From the human T2T-CHM13v2.0 reference genome, Homo sapiens: a DNA stretch of 64,000 nt. Shown here in pieces: positions 1-11,898 of the stretch. The stretch lies in the NCBI RefSeq assembly GCF_009914755.1, contig NC_060932.1; one strand, 5' to 3'. Made by a program: the position numbers and the translations under genes. Within the stretch, counting starts at the first letter, position 1. The number at the start of each line of letters is the position of its first letter. The notes under the pieces were generated by a model, which was given only the letters and a program-made list of their open reading frames with translations, ran no database searches and was not told where the DNA came from.

Positions 1-585
1 ACCTGATTTGGAGACAACCAAGAAAAGACAGTTGACTGGATTATAAAACAAAAAGGGGGAACCAGAAAATACAGCTTAAAATACAGGCCAGAAATCTGAA
101 ACTGGTGGCTAAATAACCCTGTCACCTATTATTTATAGATTATGAAACGGGGTAAAAGATGTTGAAGTCAAAAGACCTTTAAGTGATTGCACTGACAGGT
201 TCTTTCCTATCTCAGTTGCTATGAGAAATGAGAATCAAACCAATTAGACCTGAGAGTTGACTGAAACACCATGCCTTCAAACAAACAGATAAGTAGTCTC
301 AATATGATGTTTAACACTAGAACTATAAGTAACTGGTAAAACAGAGATCGTGGATTACAAAAGTGGGAAAGGCTAAGAGAAAATCTGTAGAGATGAAAAA
401 GGGTATTTCCAACCACTAAAGAGATTTCAATATTAAAACATAAAAGCACTGTGTGAAGCCACAACTAATGAGTATTTCTTTTTTAAAACAAACATCCTAG
501 AACAAACATCCACAAGAACTATAGGCCCCTCAAAGTGGTTACTTTAAGAAGTTATGCAGTTAGTATGTATAATACTGCCAAAACA

Positions 586-720
586 GACTAGGTATAGTGG
601 CTAATGCCTGTAATCCCAATGTTTTGGGAGGCTGAGGTGGGAGGATTGCTTGAGGACAGGAATTTAAGACCGACCTGGGCAACACAGCGAGACCCAAACG
701 CTACAAAAAATTTAAAAAGA
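586..720 (+). mobile_element. FLAM / Alu left monomer
   Basis: gtggctaatgcctgtaatccca...gacctgggcaacacagcgagaccc + A tail. Confidence 0.85.
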
Positions 721-752
721 GTAATTTAAAAATACCAATACATAAAACGTAT

Positions 753-996
753 TACAGTTGAACATCCCTTACCTGAAATGCTTGGGACCAGAAGTGTTTT
801 GATCTTGGGTTTTTTTTTTTTTTTTTAAATTTTGGAGTATCTGCATTATATATATTTATCAGTTGAGCATCCTCAATCCCAAAATCCAAAATGCTCCAAT
901 GAGCATTTCCTCTGAGCATCATGTTGGTGCTCAGAAAGTTTCCGGTTTTGCAGCATTTCAGATTTCTCATTTTCAGATTAGGAATACTCAACCTGT
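753..996. mobile_element. Tigger4a/MER46-type MITE (TcMar-Tigger)
   Basis: Terminal inverted repeats cagttgaacatccct / ggaatactcaacctg; recalled internal motif aaaatgctccaatgagcatttcc. Confidence 0.75.
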
Positions 997-1729
997 GTAA
1001 CTCCCCAGTTAGTGTGACTTCAACTTTTTTCCCAACAGACTTGCTGGCACAATGAAGCACAACAGTCCTGAAGCCTAGTCTAAAAAGCCCCGTTAATACA
1101 CTACTAAGTTTTGGGGACTTCTAGTTCCAGCAATTTGGCAGACTGTGCAGAGAAACCACTCTTGTTAAGGAACACATATATATGCTAGATATTAAAAAAA
1201 AAAAAAAAAAAAAGGACAGCTGTGCAGGTGATAAAGAGAAACGACTGTACTGTATAAAGCTTGGAGAGACAAGTGCCACCATTTATCCCAAAGGGACCCA
1301 CTGATGTCTCTTGGGCTAGAAGGGCTTCAAGGAACCACAGATTTCACATGAGAGTCTGGAGGCTAAGCAAAGAATAGAAAGTCATCACAGGAATCTCCTC
1401 TTCTGTCCCCCTCACATATATAAAGCTAAACATAAATCTTAAAAGGGCAACACCATGAAGGAGTGAAACAGAAAAATCATACCTCGAGAGATTTACCTAT
1501 CTCAGCCATGAATAGATGCAGAATGGAAAAAGGTCTCTTTTGAGAACTTCTAACTACAAGTCTGCATTTTGGAGAGTTTTGGACTGCACTCTACACTATA
1601 AAGCCTGGTTCAGTGTTGGTTAACTGTGTGGTGGCTCAACACTATGAGCAAGCACCAAGTAGTCTTCCTCTCTACTCTGCCATCTACTATTCAGGAGAAT
1701 ACAAAAAAAAAAGGAAGTATCTGTCAAGG

Positions 1730-1936
1730 TAAGTCCAGCGTCTAAACTTTAATTAGCTGTGTTACACTGGAGAAGTTGCCTAACTTTTCTGAGCCGTAGT
1801 TTCCCCATTTGACAAACTAGAATGATAGTGGTTATCTATGACATATTGGGAAAATTAAAACAGGTAATCTGTCTACAATACTTAGGAAAGTTCCTAGTAC
1901 ATACTAAAATTTCAGTAACTGTTAGTTACTGTTATA
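1730..1936 (+). mobile_element. MIR
   Basis: Core motif agctgtgt...aagttgcctaacttttctgagccgtagtttcccca. Confidence 0.65.
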
Positions 1937-3010
1937 TGAGAGACATGGAAATAAAGTAGAAACAGATTATTTATTAAGAACATAACAAGAACATTTTCAA
2001 GAGGTGGAAAGAAGCAACAGAAAAAGCTACTCTTAAGACTTCACACTCAATGGGGTGATATACACCTTCTATAATCCAAGACAAGTGAAATCCCAGAGAA
2101 TGGTCAAGGTCTGTGTTTTTCAACTTAAGACATCCTTGGAACACTAGTCAAAATACACCCTTTATGGGTAAGAATGTACTGTACTATAATAAAGAACTTT
2201 TAACAGTTGAAGAAAACATTAGCACTATTTCTTGATTATCACATGAGATCTCCTTCTGGGAAGATTTAGGAAGTTGTCTCAAGAAACAAGCAAAGGGAAT
2301 GGAATAAAGAGAGTTTAAGAGTATGTAATACTTTAATAATGAGACTAAGAACAAGATGACACAAAATCTTGAAACTTAGTAGGAACAGTTTCAAGGGCAG
2401 TGTTTAGAGATGAGACGATCCCAAAATCTGTTCAACAGCCATCAATTTTTTATGTTCCAGAACAAGATCAAGGGAAGTATACTAAGAATTCACAAAGTAA
2501 TACCACTTAAGTAACTAATGAGTTCCTCACAGGGTATCAAGATCAGGAAAATCATACAGAGTCCAAGCAGATCTCACAAGCAGAATTATTTAATCATGGG
2601 ATAGATTTGACAAGTCTGAAGATACACAGCTTGATTTGTAACAGTTTTCAACAAGTCCTGGATGTATATCAGTATCAAGGATACTATGGGAGAGCTCTGT
2701 CAGACAAAACTGGATTTAGATTAAAGGGACACCTGACATTAAAGGAAAAATTGGGACACATATACTGGCATATAGGAGAATAGTGAGAGCAGATACTCAA
2801 CACCAACCCAGATCAAATCCAAGCGTAACAACTTGGGAACTATCCCAAACACTAAAGCAGGCCATCCTTATTAACAGAGATGTTTTCCAGAAAAGGAGGA
2901 AAAGGGTCTTTAGATCCTAAAGGTCCTTATTAAAACATCATCACACATGCACATGGTTATAAAATCAGACTTGAAAAAACAAAATACACTAAATATTTGC
3001 CAAAGATCTA

Positions 3011-3181
3011 CAGCATTATTACTGAAAAGTCTGACCCCTAAACCAGCAGAATTGGCATCACCTGAGAACTTGAAAGGCATACGAAGTTGGAGGCCCCACC
3101 TCAAGACCTCTAGAGTGGGCATCTATATTTTAATAAGAGCCCCAAGTCATTTTCATACATATTAAAGTTTGAGAAGCAGTG
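3011..3181. mobile_element. MER5-type hAT-Charlie MITE
   Basis: accagcagaattggcatcacctgaga...aaagtttgagaagcagtg. Confidence 0.65.
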
Positions 3182-3519
3182 TGCTAAAGGACATCGGAAA
3201 GTTTTAAGTTGCTCAACATCCTGATTCAACAAGCTTACAGTGTAATTAGGGAAACTATCAAACAAATAGAAAAGATAAATGAAACTTAAGAACAAATAAT
3301 CTTATAATTAGAAACATTTATAATGGAGTTATTTTAGCCCTGTCCTTGATAATACAGTTGTTGTAGAAAAATATTTAAAATTCCGGCTTTCTGGTTGTTA
3401 TTTATGTTACACAAATGATCATGTACACCACCTGAGTGCTTATGCAAAGGTTTTAGGAAGTCAAACACGACATTTCCAGAGAAGGATTAATCAGAATCTG
3501 TTACCTGGTAGCAATTTAC

Positions 3520-3759
3520 CTGCTAGACTGATCAGATGATGGTCGTGGTGGTAGTGGTTCCACTGAAAATAATTCTTCACTGCCCTGCATGGCATCTATG
3601 CTAGTACTAGCCAGGGTAAATGGTGCAGTTGGACGAGCAATCCCCATTCTGACAGGAACAATCAGTGACTCTGCTACGTTGCACAATTCTTCCACAGCGT
3701 AAGGTAGCAATGCTTGGAATACACGCTTGCATTTTCCAATTGGCTGTGGAATAAAGTTG
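3520..3759 (-). CDS. UBR5: UBR5 exon ~34 (240 nt; NFIPQPIGKC...PSSDQSS)
   Basis: ttctag| and CAG|gtaaat; ORF 3516..3710. Confidence 0.96.
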
Positions 3760-3869
3760 CTAGAACAAAAAGAGAAATATCAGCAATCTATCTTTTCATA
3801 TACATAAATCACTATCACAAAAACAGAGTGAAAATGGTATCTAAACCAAAATCAAAAAGGATGCCTTAC

Positions 3870-4030
3870 TTTTTCTTTTTGGATGAAGCCATTTCCACAC
3901 TCAGAATAACAAAAACTCTTGCCACTGAACGTAGAAACCTCATTGTCACAGCAATAGCTTCTTCTCTACGTCCAGGTGTATATTTGTTTTGGAGTTCTTT
4001 CACTAGTGTACCTAGTAGAGTATCTAAAAG
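3870..4030 (-). CDS. UBR5: UBR5 exon ~33 (161 nt; [11 protein letters not shown]...ASSKKK)
   Basis: ttaaag| and AAA|gtaagg; manual translation. Confidence 0.95.
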
Positions 4031-4896
4031 CTTTAAAAAATTATATTCACTCTATTAATGTTAAGATACTTCATAAGATGTTTAGACATTCATAAAGTTA
4101 TAAGTTCTAACATTTTTTAAGTATTAACATTTTATAATAAAATCTCAAAACAAATTTAACCAAAACATTTACAAGGTCAGTTTATGAAATATACCTGCCA
4201 ATGTGCTTGACATACAGTGAGTCCTAAATGTACGATTTCTTATTTTTTGTCCCACAGTCCTTGGTATATCAACTAATATTTAGAAGAACAATACCAAATA
4301 TATGAAATCAGAAGAAGAAAACATAAACTCAGTCTGGGGCACTTTCCAAAACAGCAAAGCAGACTCAAATATTTATATGAATAAATTCATAATCCCATCT
4401 CCCTCATGGAACCATTATTACTTTCTAGTCTCTTTTCTGTGTGCAGCTTCTTGTATAAATGTTAGCTACAGAGAACACCCAATTTTCACAGTTTGGTTGT
4501 TTGGTTTTTTTTTTTACGTTATTTACAATACGATTTATTTTTAAATTGCTGCATCATATTCCAGTAAGTGGTCAGGCTATAATTTGATTCAAGATTACAC
4601 TAGTATTAGGCTGATATTTTTCTGTTTTTAAATTTTACATTATTCTGTGACATGCCTTTATTTTTCTCACATCGTAAATTATTTATTTATGACAGGTTCT
4701 GAGGGCACTGATAGTTTTATGTTTTCCAGAGAAAGGAACGATGCAATGCCACCCCATCCCTATCTGAGTGTGTTATTACCATAACCTCATTCGCACTGGA
4801 TCTTAAGGTTTAAATTCTTTTCTAGTTTCACAGCAAAGAAGAGTACTTGAAAAACATACTTTTCATGTACTTGTAATACACATTCAAAGAACTTAC

Positions 4897-5026
4897 CAAA
4901 ATATCTGCTGTACACTTAACTATAAGGCAATGAGTGAAACAGTCCAGCCGAATTGTGCCACTTTGCTGATTGAGGTATACTTGCTCTTCTGGCAAAAGAT
5001 GGCCTATTCTACTGCTGGCACTAAGA
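4897..5026 (-). CDS. UBR5: UBR5 exon ~32 (130 nt; LSASSRIGHLLP...TADIL)
   Basis: ctcaag| and TTG|gtaagt; manual translation. Confidence 0.95.
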
Positions 5027-5118
5027 CTTGAGGAGAAACGAAAGACAGAATGAACTGTAAAAGGTCTACACTAACGTAGGAAATACATAAATCTAAAAAG
5101 GTTTTAATGAATACGTAC

Positions 5119-5245
5119 GGGTCTTTATTCTCCTGCGACCCAAACATAATCATAGATTTCAAGGCATTCCAGTCCTGTAGAACACGCTCCAATGCAAGCT
5201 GGGCAAATCTTGGAGGCTCTAAATCATGATCTGGCATATCTGAAT
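5119..5245 (-). CDS. UBR5: UBR5 exon ~31 (127 nt; DSDMPDHDLEPP...ENKD)
   Basis: ttttag| and CCC|gtacgt; ORF 5004..5309. Confidence 0.95.
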
Positions 5246-5328
5246 CTAAAATGAAAAAGAAATAGTGACCAAAACAAAAATAAAACATATTGCTTCCCAC
5301 AAGTGTCATAAATGTCTAATTAACTCAC

Positions 5329-5447
5329 CTTCAGGACTGGCTGTTTTTCGGTTACGATCTTCCCTGATTCGAGGTGGCCTGTATTGACAATGCTCCACCG
5401 TCTGCCTTGCGACTGTCTGTACTAAGAATAGTAAGAGGTGCTCTCCC
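5329..5447 (-). CDS. UBR5: UBR5 exon ~30 (119 nt; GEHLLLFLVQ...TASPE)
   Basis: tttgcag| and AAG|gtgagt; manual translation. Confidence 0.95.
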
Positions 5448-5550
5448 CTGCAAAACAGAATGTTGTCGTGAGGAGGGAGGCTGAAAAGCTACTCAGCTGT
5501 GCTGCGCTCTTTTGATTTAACTTACTGTATGTTCTAAAAATCCCACTTGC

Positions 5551-5697
5551 CTGCTGTTTGGCAGAGTAACCAGATTAGTAGCAGTGAGCAGGCGATAAAG
5601 TAGATCAAGACGAGCAGATTTCTGTCCAGCAATAAGAGTTTTACATTTACATTTCTCCCAACAATCACAGTAGGCTGTTGGTGATGTCCGTTTGAGT
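5551..5697 (-). CDS. UBR5: UBR5 exon ~29 (147 nt; [14 protein letters not shown]...LPNS), ends at a GC donor
   Basis: ctatag| and CAG|gcaagt; only this donor preserves LPNSRGEHLL. Confidence 0.93.
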
Positions 5698-6807
5698 CTA
5701 TAGAGAATTTATACACAAGTACAAAAACTGAAATTTTTTAAACATACAAAGGTTTATGTTGACATTATGAAGGTATAACTCACTGAAACCAGAGAGAGCC
5801 CTTGTTAATTTCTAAATGCAAAGTATAACTGTCAAAGCTTATATAACAAGAAGGATTACTTGGTAGTAATGACATCTATAAAGCAACACAGAATTCCTAT
5901 GAGAAGAGGTACTCTAAGGTACAATCACTTTTGGAATCTCTTCCCTAATTCCCAGTCCTGTTCAAGTGGTCCTCCTATATGACCTAATGAACCCTGTAAC
6001 CCTATGGGCAGATATTTCTTGCTTCTGATAGGGATGTGAACACTGTCAGGACTATTCACCACCACCCTGGCATCTAGTACACTTGGAAAACAATCAATAA
6101 CAACAGATTATCACACCTTTAGGTACTTAAAATAAGGAAAACAAAAAATACCAACCAGAATTCTTTTAATATCTATTAAAATTTTTCATTTGTCCTATAC
6201 AATTACTTAATGGTACGGTAGATGGTTTTTACAGTCCAATTCTCTATTATAACATTTGTAGCCATTTATACTGAAGTCCCTATCCATAATCCTAAAACAC
6301 CACAGATGTTAGTGCTAGGTATTTCATTGCTTCTCAGGTCTCTGAAAACCAACAGAACTAGCTGTGGTAACTGTTGCTGAATGAAAGACTGTTGCATTTA
6401 GTTTAAGACACAGTCTAAACATTCACCATGATTCCCTCTAGGCCTATGGCAATTTTCTCCTAGTATACCCCACTACAGGGGACCTGAGACCTCCGCTGCA
6501 TAATACACTCAGGAACATTCTGTAGATATACTTCTCAAAAGACTAATCTGATCCTAGTTACAATGTATAATCACCTACTTTTATTTAAGGAGGGCAATGT
6601 TTGAACTAGCAAAGAAACCAAACATTTCACAGTATACTTTAAATCAAGAATCACACTATTATACATAAACTGACTTAAACAAGGGAAACGTAAGTAACCT
6701 CATGCTTTCTGAAGTAAAACATGACTTAGTACAGATTATTTCCATACAGCAATATAAATCTAAACAGCTTATAATATTAAACTAAAGAAAACTAGAATTG
6801 TACTCAC

Positions 6808-6899
6808 TTGCAATCATGACCTTTATGACAAACCCTTGCACATTCCGTACAACAACACAGTGACTCCAGCAAGCCACAAGTTCGACACTCAAAAATATC
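6808..6899 (-). CDS. UBR5: UBR5 exon ~28 (92 nt; [33 protein letters not shown]-box zinc finger)
   Basis: ttttag| and CAA|gtgagt; Cys/His pattern of the UBR box. Confidence 0.96.
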
Positions 6900-7372
6900 C
6901 TAAAATTAAGAGTGTACTTTTAAAGGAATAATTATAAGTATGCATATATCTCATCATAATAATTATTTCTGGTATTTTCTAGAACAATTCAATCTCAACA
7001 AACAAAATTAATGTGCTTTGGAAAACTAGAACTTATAAAGGGCTACAGCAAATATACAGTTTATGATATACAAATAGAAATATTACCAGTAGAAAAAAAT
7101 AATTTGTATCATCCCCAAAAAGGCATTGTAGTTATAAAATCTGTATCAAGATTTGTGGATCAGATTATACTACCCAGTGAAAATTTCCAATTTTCATGGT
7201 ATGCCATATTTAACTGAGCAATCAGCTCTTTTGCCTCATTTACTTAGGAATTAAATCAACTTTCTTCATATCAGACTTAATTCCAAAGCTGAAAACTGTA
7301 AGTCTAGTGATAGTCATAGCGAAAAAAGACACAAAGATATGATTAATACAGGAAAATGTAGAAATAACTTAC

Positions 7373-7521
7373 CTGGTTAATGTGCTCTGCTCCAGTCCAT
7401 GTAAAACTGCAAGTGTCATTACAACATAAAACATATAAAGGAGAGTCATCAGGGTTGGTACCTGATGGGCAAACCATTCCCATGAATACATCTTCCTCTT
7501 TTTCACTTGAGGATATTTCAG
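7373..7521 (-). CDS. UBR5: UBR5 exon ~27 (149 nt; [11 protein letters not shown]...[13 protein letters not shown], start of UBR box)
   Basis: ttttag| and CAG|gtaagt; ORF 7343..7549. Confidence 0.96.
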
Positions 7522-8306
7522 CTAAAAAAGTAAGAACATAGCAGTTCATCTTTCAGGAAAGGACTTAATTAGCCATCCATTTTCTTCAACTGGAAAGCCT
7601 TAGCATACACACAATATAAACCAGAAATTATATATCAATTTTAAAAAGTGATATACAAAGATGACATGCAAAGAAATCTAACCAACTCTGGAACAATATA
7701 AAGTAAAGCATAATTACATCATACCCACATATGATGCCAATACAAACACACTATACATCAGCCATCTGAATCCTTAGCTCTGTTTCAGGCAGTTAAGACT
7801 CAACTCCTGGCTCTATTTAGCAAATTATAGACCATCTCATAAACTATTTATCAGTGTTTTAAAAAGATAACTACTTTAATCTTTCAAAGGCTGGAAGGTA
7901 AGAATTGATATTCCTTAATGCTTTCTATTTAGCAGGAATTCTGTCAGAAATAACAAGACATCTGTCTATTATTCTGTAAAGTTATATCACTTAACACCAA
8001 TTAACTACCAAGAGGTTCTATCAGTAATCCATCTTATTTTCCAAAGATTTTACACTGTTCATTACGGAGTGTTTATTCTTAAATCAATAAATTTATATCA
8101 GCTGTTTTTTGATGGAAAGTTGGAAGATACAGTAAACTTGAAGGAATAATAAACACATGAATTTCATACACACACAAATCTTGATCATTTCCAACCAATT
8201 GTATCATTTACATATATAGAAATCCAGTCTGAATAATTATAATATATGGACAGAAGAGAATCTATCCAAACTGAATGTAACTCATTTAGGATCTGAAATA
8301 AATTAC

Positions 8307-8404
8307 CTTTTGCAATTTTCTGAGCAGTTTCTAAGATGGTAATTGCAGCAGGATAAGCTCGGCCACTTACAGCTGACATAAATGGGGTCATCCCTCTTGC
8401 ATCC
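8307..8404 (-). CDS. UBR5: UBR5 exon ~26 (98 nt; DARGMTPFMSAV...QKIAK)
   Basis: ttttag| and AAG|gtaatt; ORF 8185..8391. Confidence 0.96.
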
Positions 8405-8762
8405 CTAAAATAAGAAAAATTATATGTAAAAATATTAATTACTACTTATTTTCCTTCCTGATTATAAATGTTCATGATAAAACAAAAAACTAAATTTTGT
8501 TTTAGTCTTTCACATATAAATATACACCTCAATCAAACTAACATAAAAGCTAGTTTGTATTCATTTAGTGTACACTACATGATGTTGAGACAGCCTCTTT
8601 CACTCAACAGAGCTTAGCAGTAGAGGGAATATCATGCTGGATTCTGATAAATTGTTTTAAATTTACATAACTATTGTCCATATAGTGTAAGAAGATAAAC
8701 TTTAATAGTAAAAGCTAAGCTAAGCTAAATCTTCACATGAAAAATATATCAAATCCTCTTAC

Positions 8763-8886
8763 TTGGCAGAAAGAAGTTCTCGTAGATAGGGCTGGAGAAC
8801 CACACTGTCACATAACAATTTCAATATAAAATGAGCATTCGCCTTTCGATCCTTGGATTCTACTACAGATGGCTCTGTGGAAGGAC
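8763..8886 (-). CDS. UBR5: UBR5 exon ~25 (124 nt; GPSTEPSVVE...ELLSA)
   Basis: ttacag| and CAA|gtaaga; manual translation. Confidence 0.95.
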
Positions 8887-8953
8887 CTGTAATTAAGCAG
8901 ATTCATTTGGTACAAAACAACAATGAAGAAGACACAGTAAAAGAATATTCTGG

Positions 8954-9052
8954 GCTACCCTGCCTATGGGGCACATAAGCACATAGACAATAGGGTACAC
9001 TGCCTATGGGGTATCTAGCCCTGCTCTGCAAGGAGCAGTTACAATTTTTTTT
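8954..9052 (+). mobile_element. ~100-bp retroposed insert with a 16-bp target-site duplication
   Basis: taaaagaatattctgg at both 8938-8953 and 9053-9068. Confidence 0.75.
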
Positions 9053-9366
9053 TAAAAGAATATTCTGGAATAATATATCAGGCATAAGCTACCAGAACAA
9101 TATTCTAGTATCAGTAATAAATTAACTTCATCACAAATAATTTAAACCTATGAACACCATTTTACAAATCTCATCTGATTTCTAAATGTATGTACACAGA
9201 CACCACATATTTGCACTGACAGATGGAATGTAATTCAGAGAATTAGATGTTTTTCAAGCAAAGAACAGTCTCCTTGAGATAAAGTGTAGATCTGTAGAAC
9301 CCTATATCCAAAGTGTGTCCTTTTTTCTTCCAGATGACTAGGCAGACAAAGAGTACAGATTCTTAC

Positions 9367-9462
9367 CTGGAATAGTGGAGGTGCTTGGTCCTTGACCAGT
9401 ACCGGTTGCTGCTGTGGTAAGAGATCCCACAGCGGGGGCCAGGATAAAATCAATGTCACCAT
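9367..9462 (-). CDS. UBR5: UBR5 exon ~24 (96 nt; DGDIDFILAP...STIP)
   Basis: gaaag| and CAG|gtaaga; manual translation. Confidence 0.94.
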
Positions 9463-9914
9463 CTTTCAGTAAACAGAACAGTAGGATGTATATCATTATA
9501 GGCAACATATTCCTAACATGTTCTCTTAACTGGCCTTAAGGCTTTTCTCTGCAAGCCAAAGGTCAAATTGGATAGAGTTTAAGTGAAACTTCTTTTCCAA
9601 ACTACAAGAGAAGGAATCCACTAGGCAAATCTATTGACTTATCTTGATATATTACTAATAAAGGGATTATTCTTACTGGTATAGAAATAAATATTTCAGT
9701 AAAAGTGGAATACCTGACAAGAGTTCTGGAATTTTAATTTTTAAAATATAAATCCCTTAAATCTAATTTTTATAGCTAAACTAGTTATAATATTCATCAT
9801 ACTACTTTCAAATATTTCAAATTTCTAAATATCCCTTTAAAATGTTAAAATTATTTCCTTTCATGACCTGCTCTTTTTGTTAAACACTAAATGAAATTAA
9901 ATAACAGCTCTTAC

Positions 9915-10066
9915 CAGGATCCATCGCAGGAGGGTCAGGAACCCAACTAGGGGGAGCTATGGGGGGTGAAACTGGATCCTGGTGGTCACTGGATGAAGCT
10001 CCAGCTTCATGTCTACCCAAACCAGCTGCTCTCAACGAACGTCTCATCATTTCCCGTAATCTCAAA
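9915..10066 (-). CDS. UBR5: UBR5 exon ~23 (152 nt; LRLREMMRRSL...PAMDP)
   Basis: ttttag| and CTG|gtaaga; ORF 9880..10065. Confidence 0.96.
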
Positions 10067-11708
10067 CTAAAAGAACATGAACAAAATCAGAGCTCACTAC
10101 CATATCTACACATAATGAAACGGTGTACAGAACTTCTCATCTGAGAAGATGAAAGTATGTCCTACAAGCAAGCACTCCAGGCAAGGGAAGTGAAGTACAA
10201 ATGCCAATTCTGGAATCACAGAATAAGTCAGTGAGGGATAGAAATAAAACTGGGGGCTCCTAGTACACCGTTCAGCACTAAAATCACTATATTAAGCTCC
10301 CACACAAACTTAAGCACAGGGAACGAAAGCTGCGGTGAAGTAAGATTAGAAATAATCTTTCATACAGTTCAGATAAAAGAACAGCTAAACATTAAAACAA
10401 AAAGTTTCTATCCCCCGTTTATAATCGGTAATAATTAAGTTTAATAGTAGACATCAGCAATCATACTGATTAGCACAAAACCAGTATTGTTCAACACTAA
10501 ATCCCTTTTATAATCTCAAAAGCATCTGAACTAATATCCACACAATGATTAGTTTTAAAACAAAGACCAATTTAGATTTTTACACACAAAAAAATTTTTA
10601 ACAGTACAACTTGCATCCCAAAGAAATTAATGAATGAAACTAGAGTTTATAAAATGTGTTGTTAATGTATGGGCATGGTTTTTTTCCTCCTGCTATAAAA
10701 AAAAAATACTATACAGGTGTACACATCACTAAAAAGAAAAAGAAATAATCACAAACACAGAACTCGTTAGGGGAAATGGGAACTATCTGTATGAAAATCT
10801 ATACTTTACCTTTGAATAAAACCTTACAACGGCTACAAAATTAATACATTTAGAACTAACAATGATTTAAGAGAGCACAAAAGGCAAATCCCTTCACTCA
10901 GCCACAATTTTAGAGCTTGTAAATGGATAAAGAGTAAAAATTTCATTTTGAGGGCCAGAAAACGCATAAGGGACTTCATTCTCCCATGTAGAATTAATCT
11001 CAGACATGACATTCTCATGTGAAAGACCTAACACCTTACTAGATACGCATAATACATCTAGAAATAATTTCAAGTTTTATTAATGTTTAAATCTCTAATT
11101 GCAATTATTATTTAATTGAGGATAAATGTGTTTTTCCATGTCAATACATTTTTAATTTTATAAGGAACCTTTTTTAAAAAGTCATTCACAAAAATTACTT
11201 TTAGAGGCTATGTTCAAGAGCATATCTATTTTATAAGATTTATGATGTATTTTTTGGAATAAAAACACTCTAGAAGATTCTGCAATGTAAATGTTACTGT
11301 CTCAAATAATATATTTGCCATTATAGTATTCACTATTAAAAAATAACTATAGTTAATTATTTTATAGTATCAATGTCTTCTTTTTCCAATTTAGAAATTT
11401 GAGTTTAAGAGTTTTTATAATGTGGATGGGAGCATGGCACAGTGACTGTTTCAGTCCAGATCACTTCCCTGTCCAAAGATATCACCCAGAGGAAAAGGAA
11501 GACTCCTTACCAGTAACAGCACACACCATGGTGACTGTTCACACTGTGATGCTCCTATACAATCTTAATTAAGCTCAACAGACACCTGGTATCCTACCTA
11601 ATGTGTCTTACTCAAAGCACAAAGAAAAAAAAAATCAGCAATAATTGGGAGACACTGCAAATAACCTGAAAATAAATGCATGTTTTGGCCTTTTTAAGAA
11701 TGCTTACA

Positions 11709-11898
11709 CCAGAGTCACAAACTCAATGGCTAATGGGTCAGAAAGGTAAAATAAGGGCAGTCAGGTGTAAGAAATGGGGGTAGTGACAAGCTAGAGGCAC
11801 ACATGCTTATCTGAAGGCATTCAAATTAAAGGAAAAAAAAATTTTAACATTGCGCAGGCCAAACAAAAAACATTATGTGGGCTATTCTCCAACTTCTA
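11709..11898. mobile_element. MER102-like hAT fossil (internally deleted)
   Basis: cagagtcacaaactcaatg...gcaggccaaacaaaa resembles recalled MER102. Confidence 0.55.

Noticed and set aside
3714-4058. + strand ORFs overlapping exons (also 9959, 21185, 21602, 21916, 52475)
   Set aside because: Antisense shadows of UBR5 exons with no independent gene signals.
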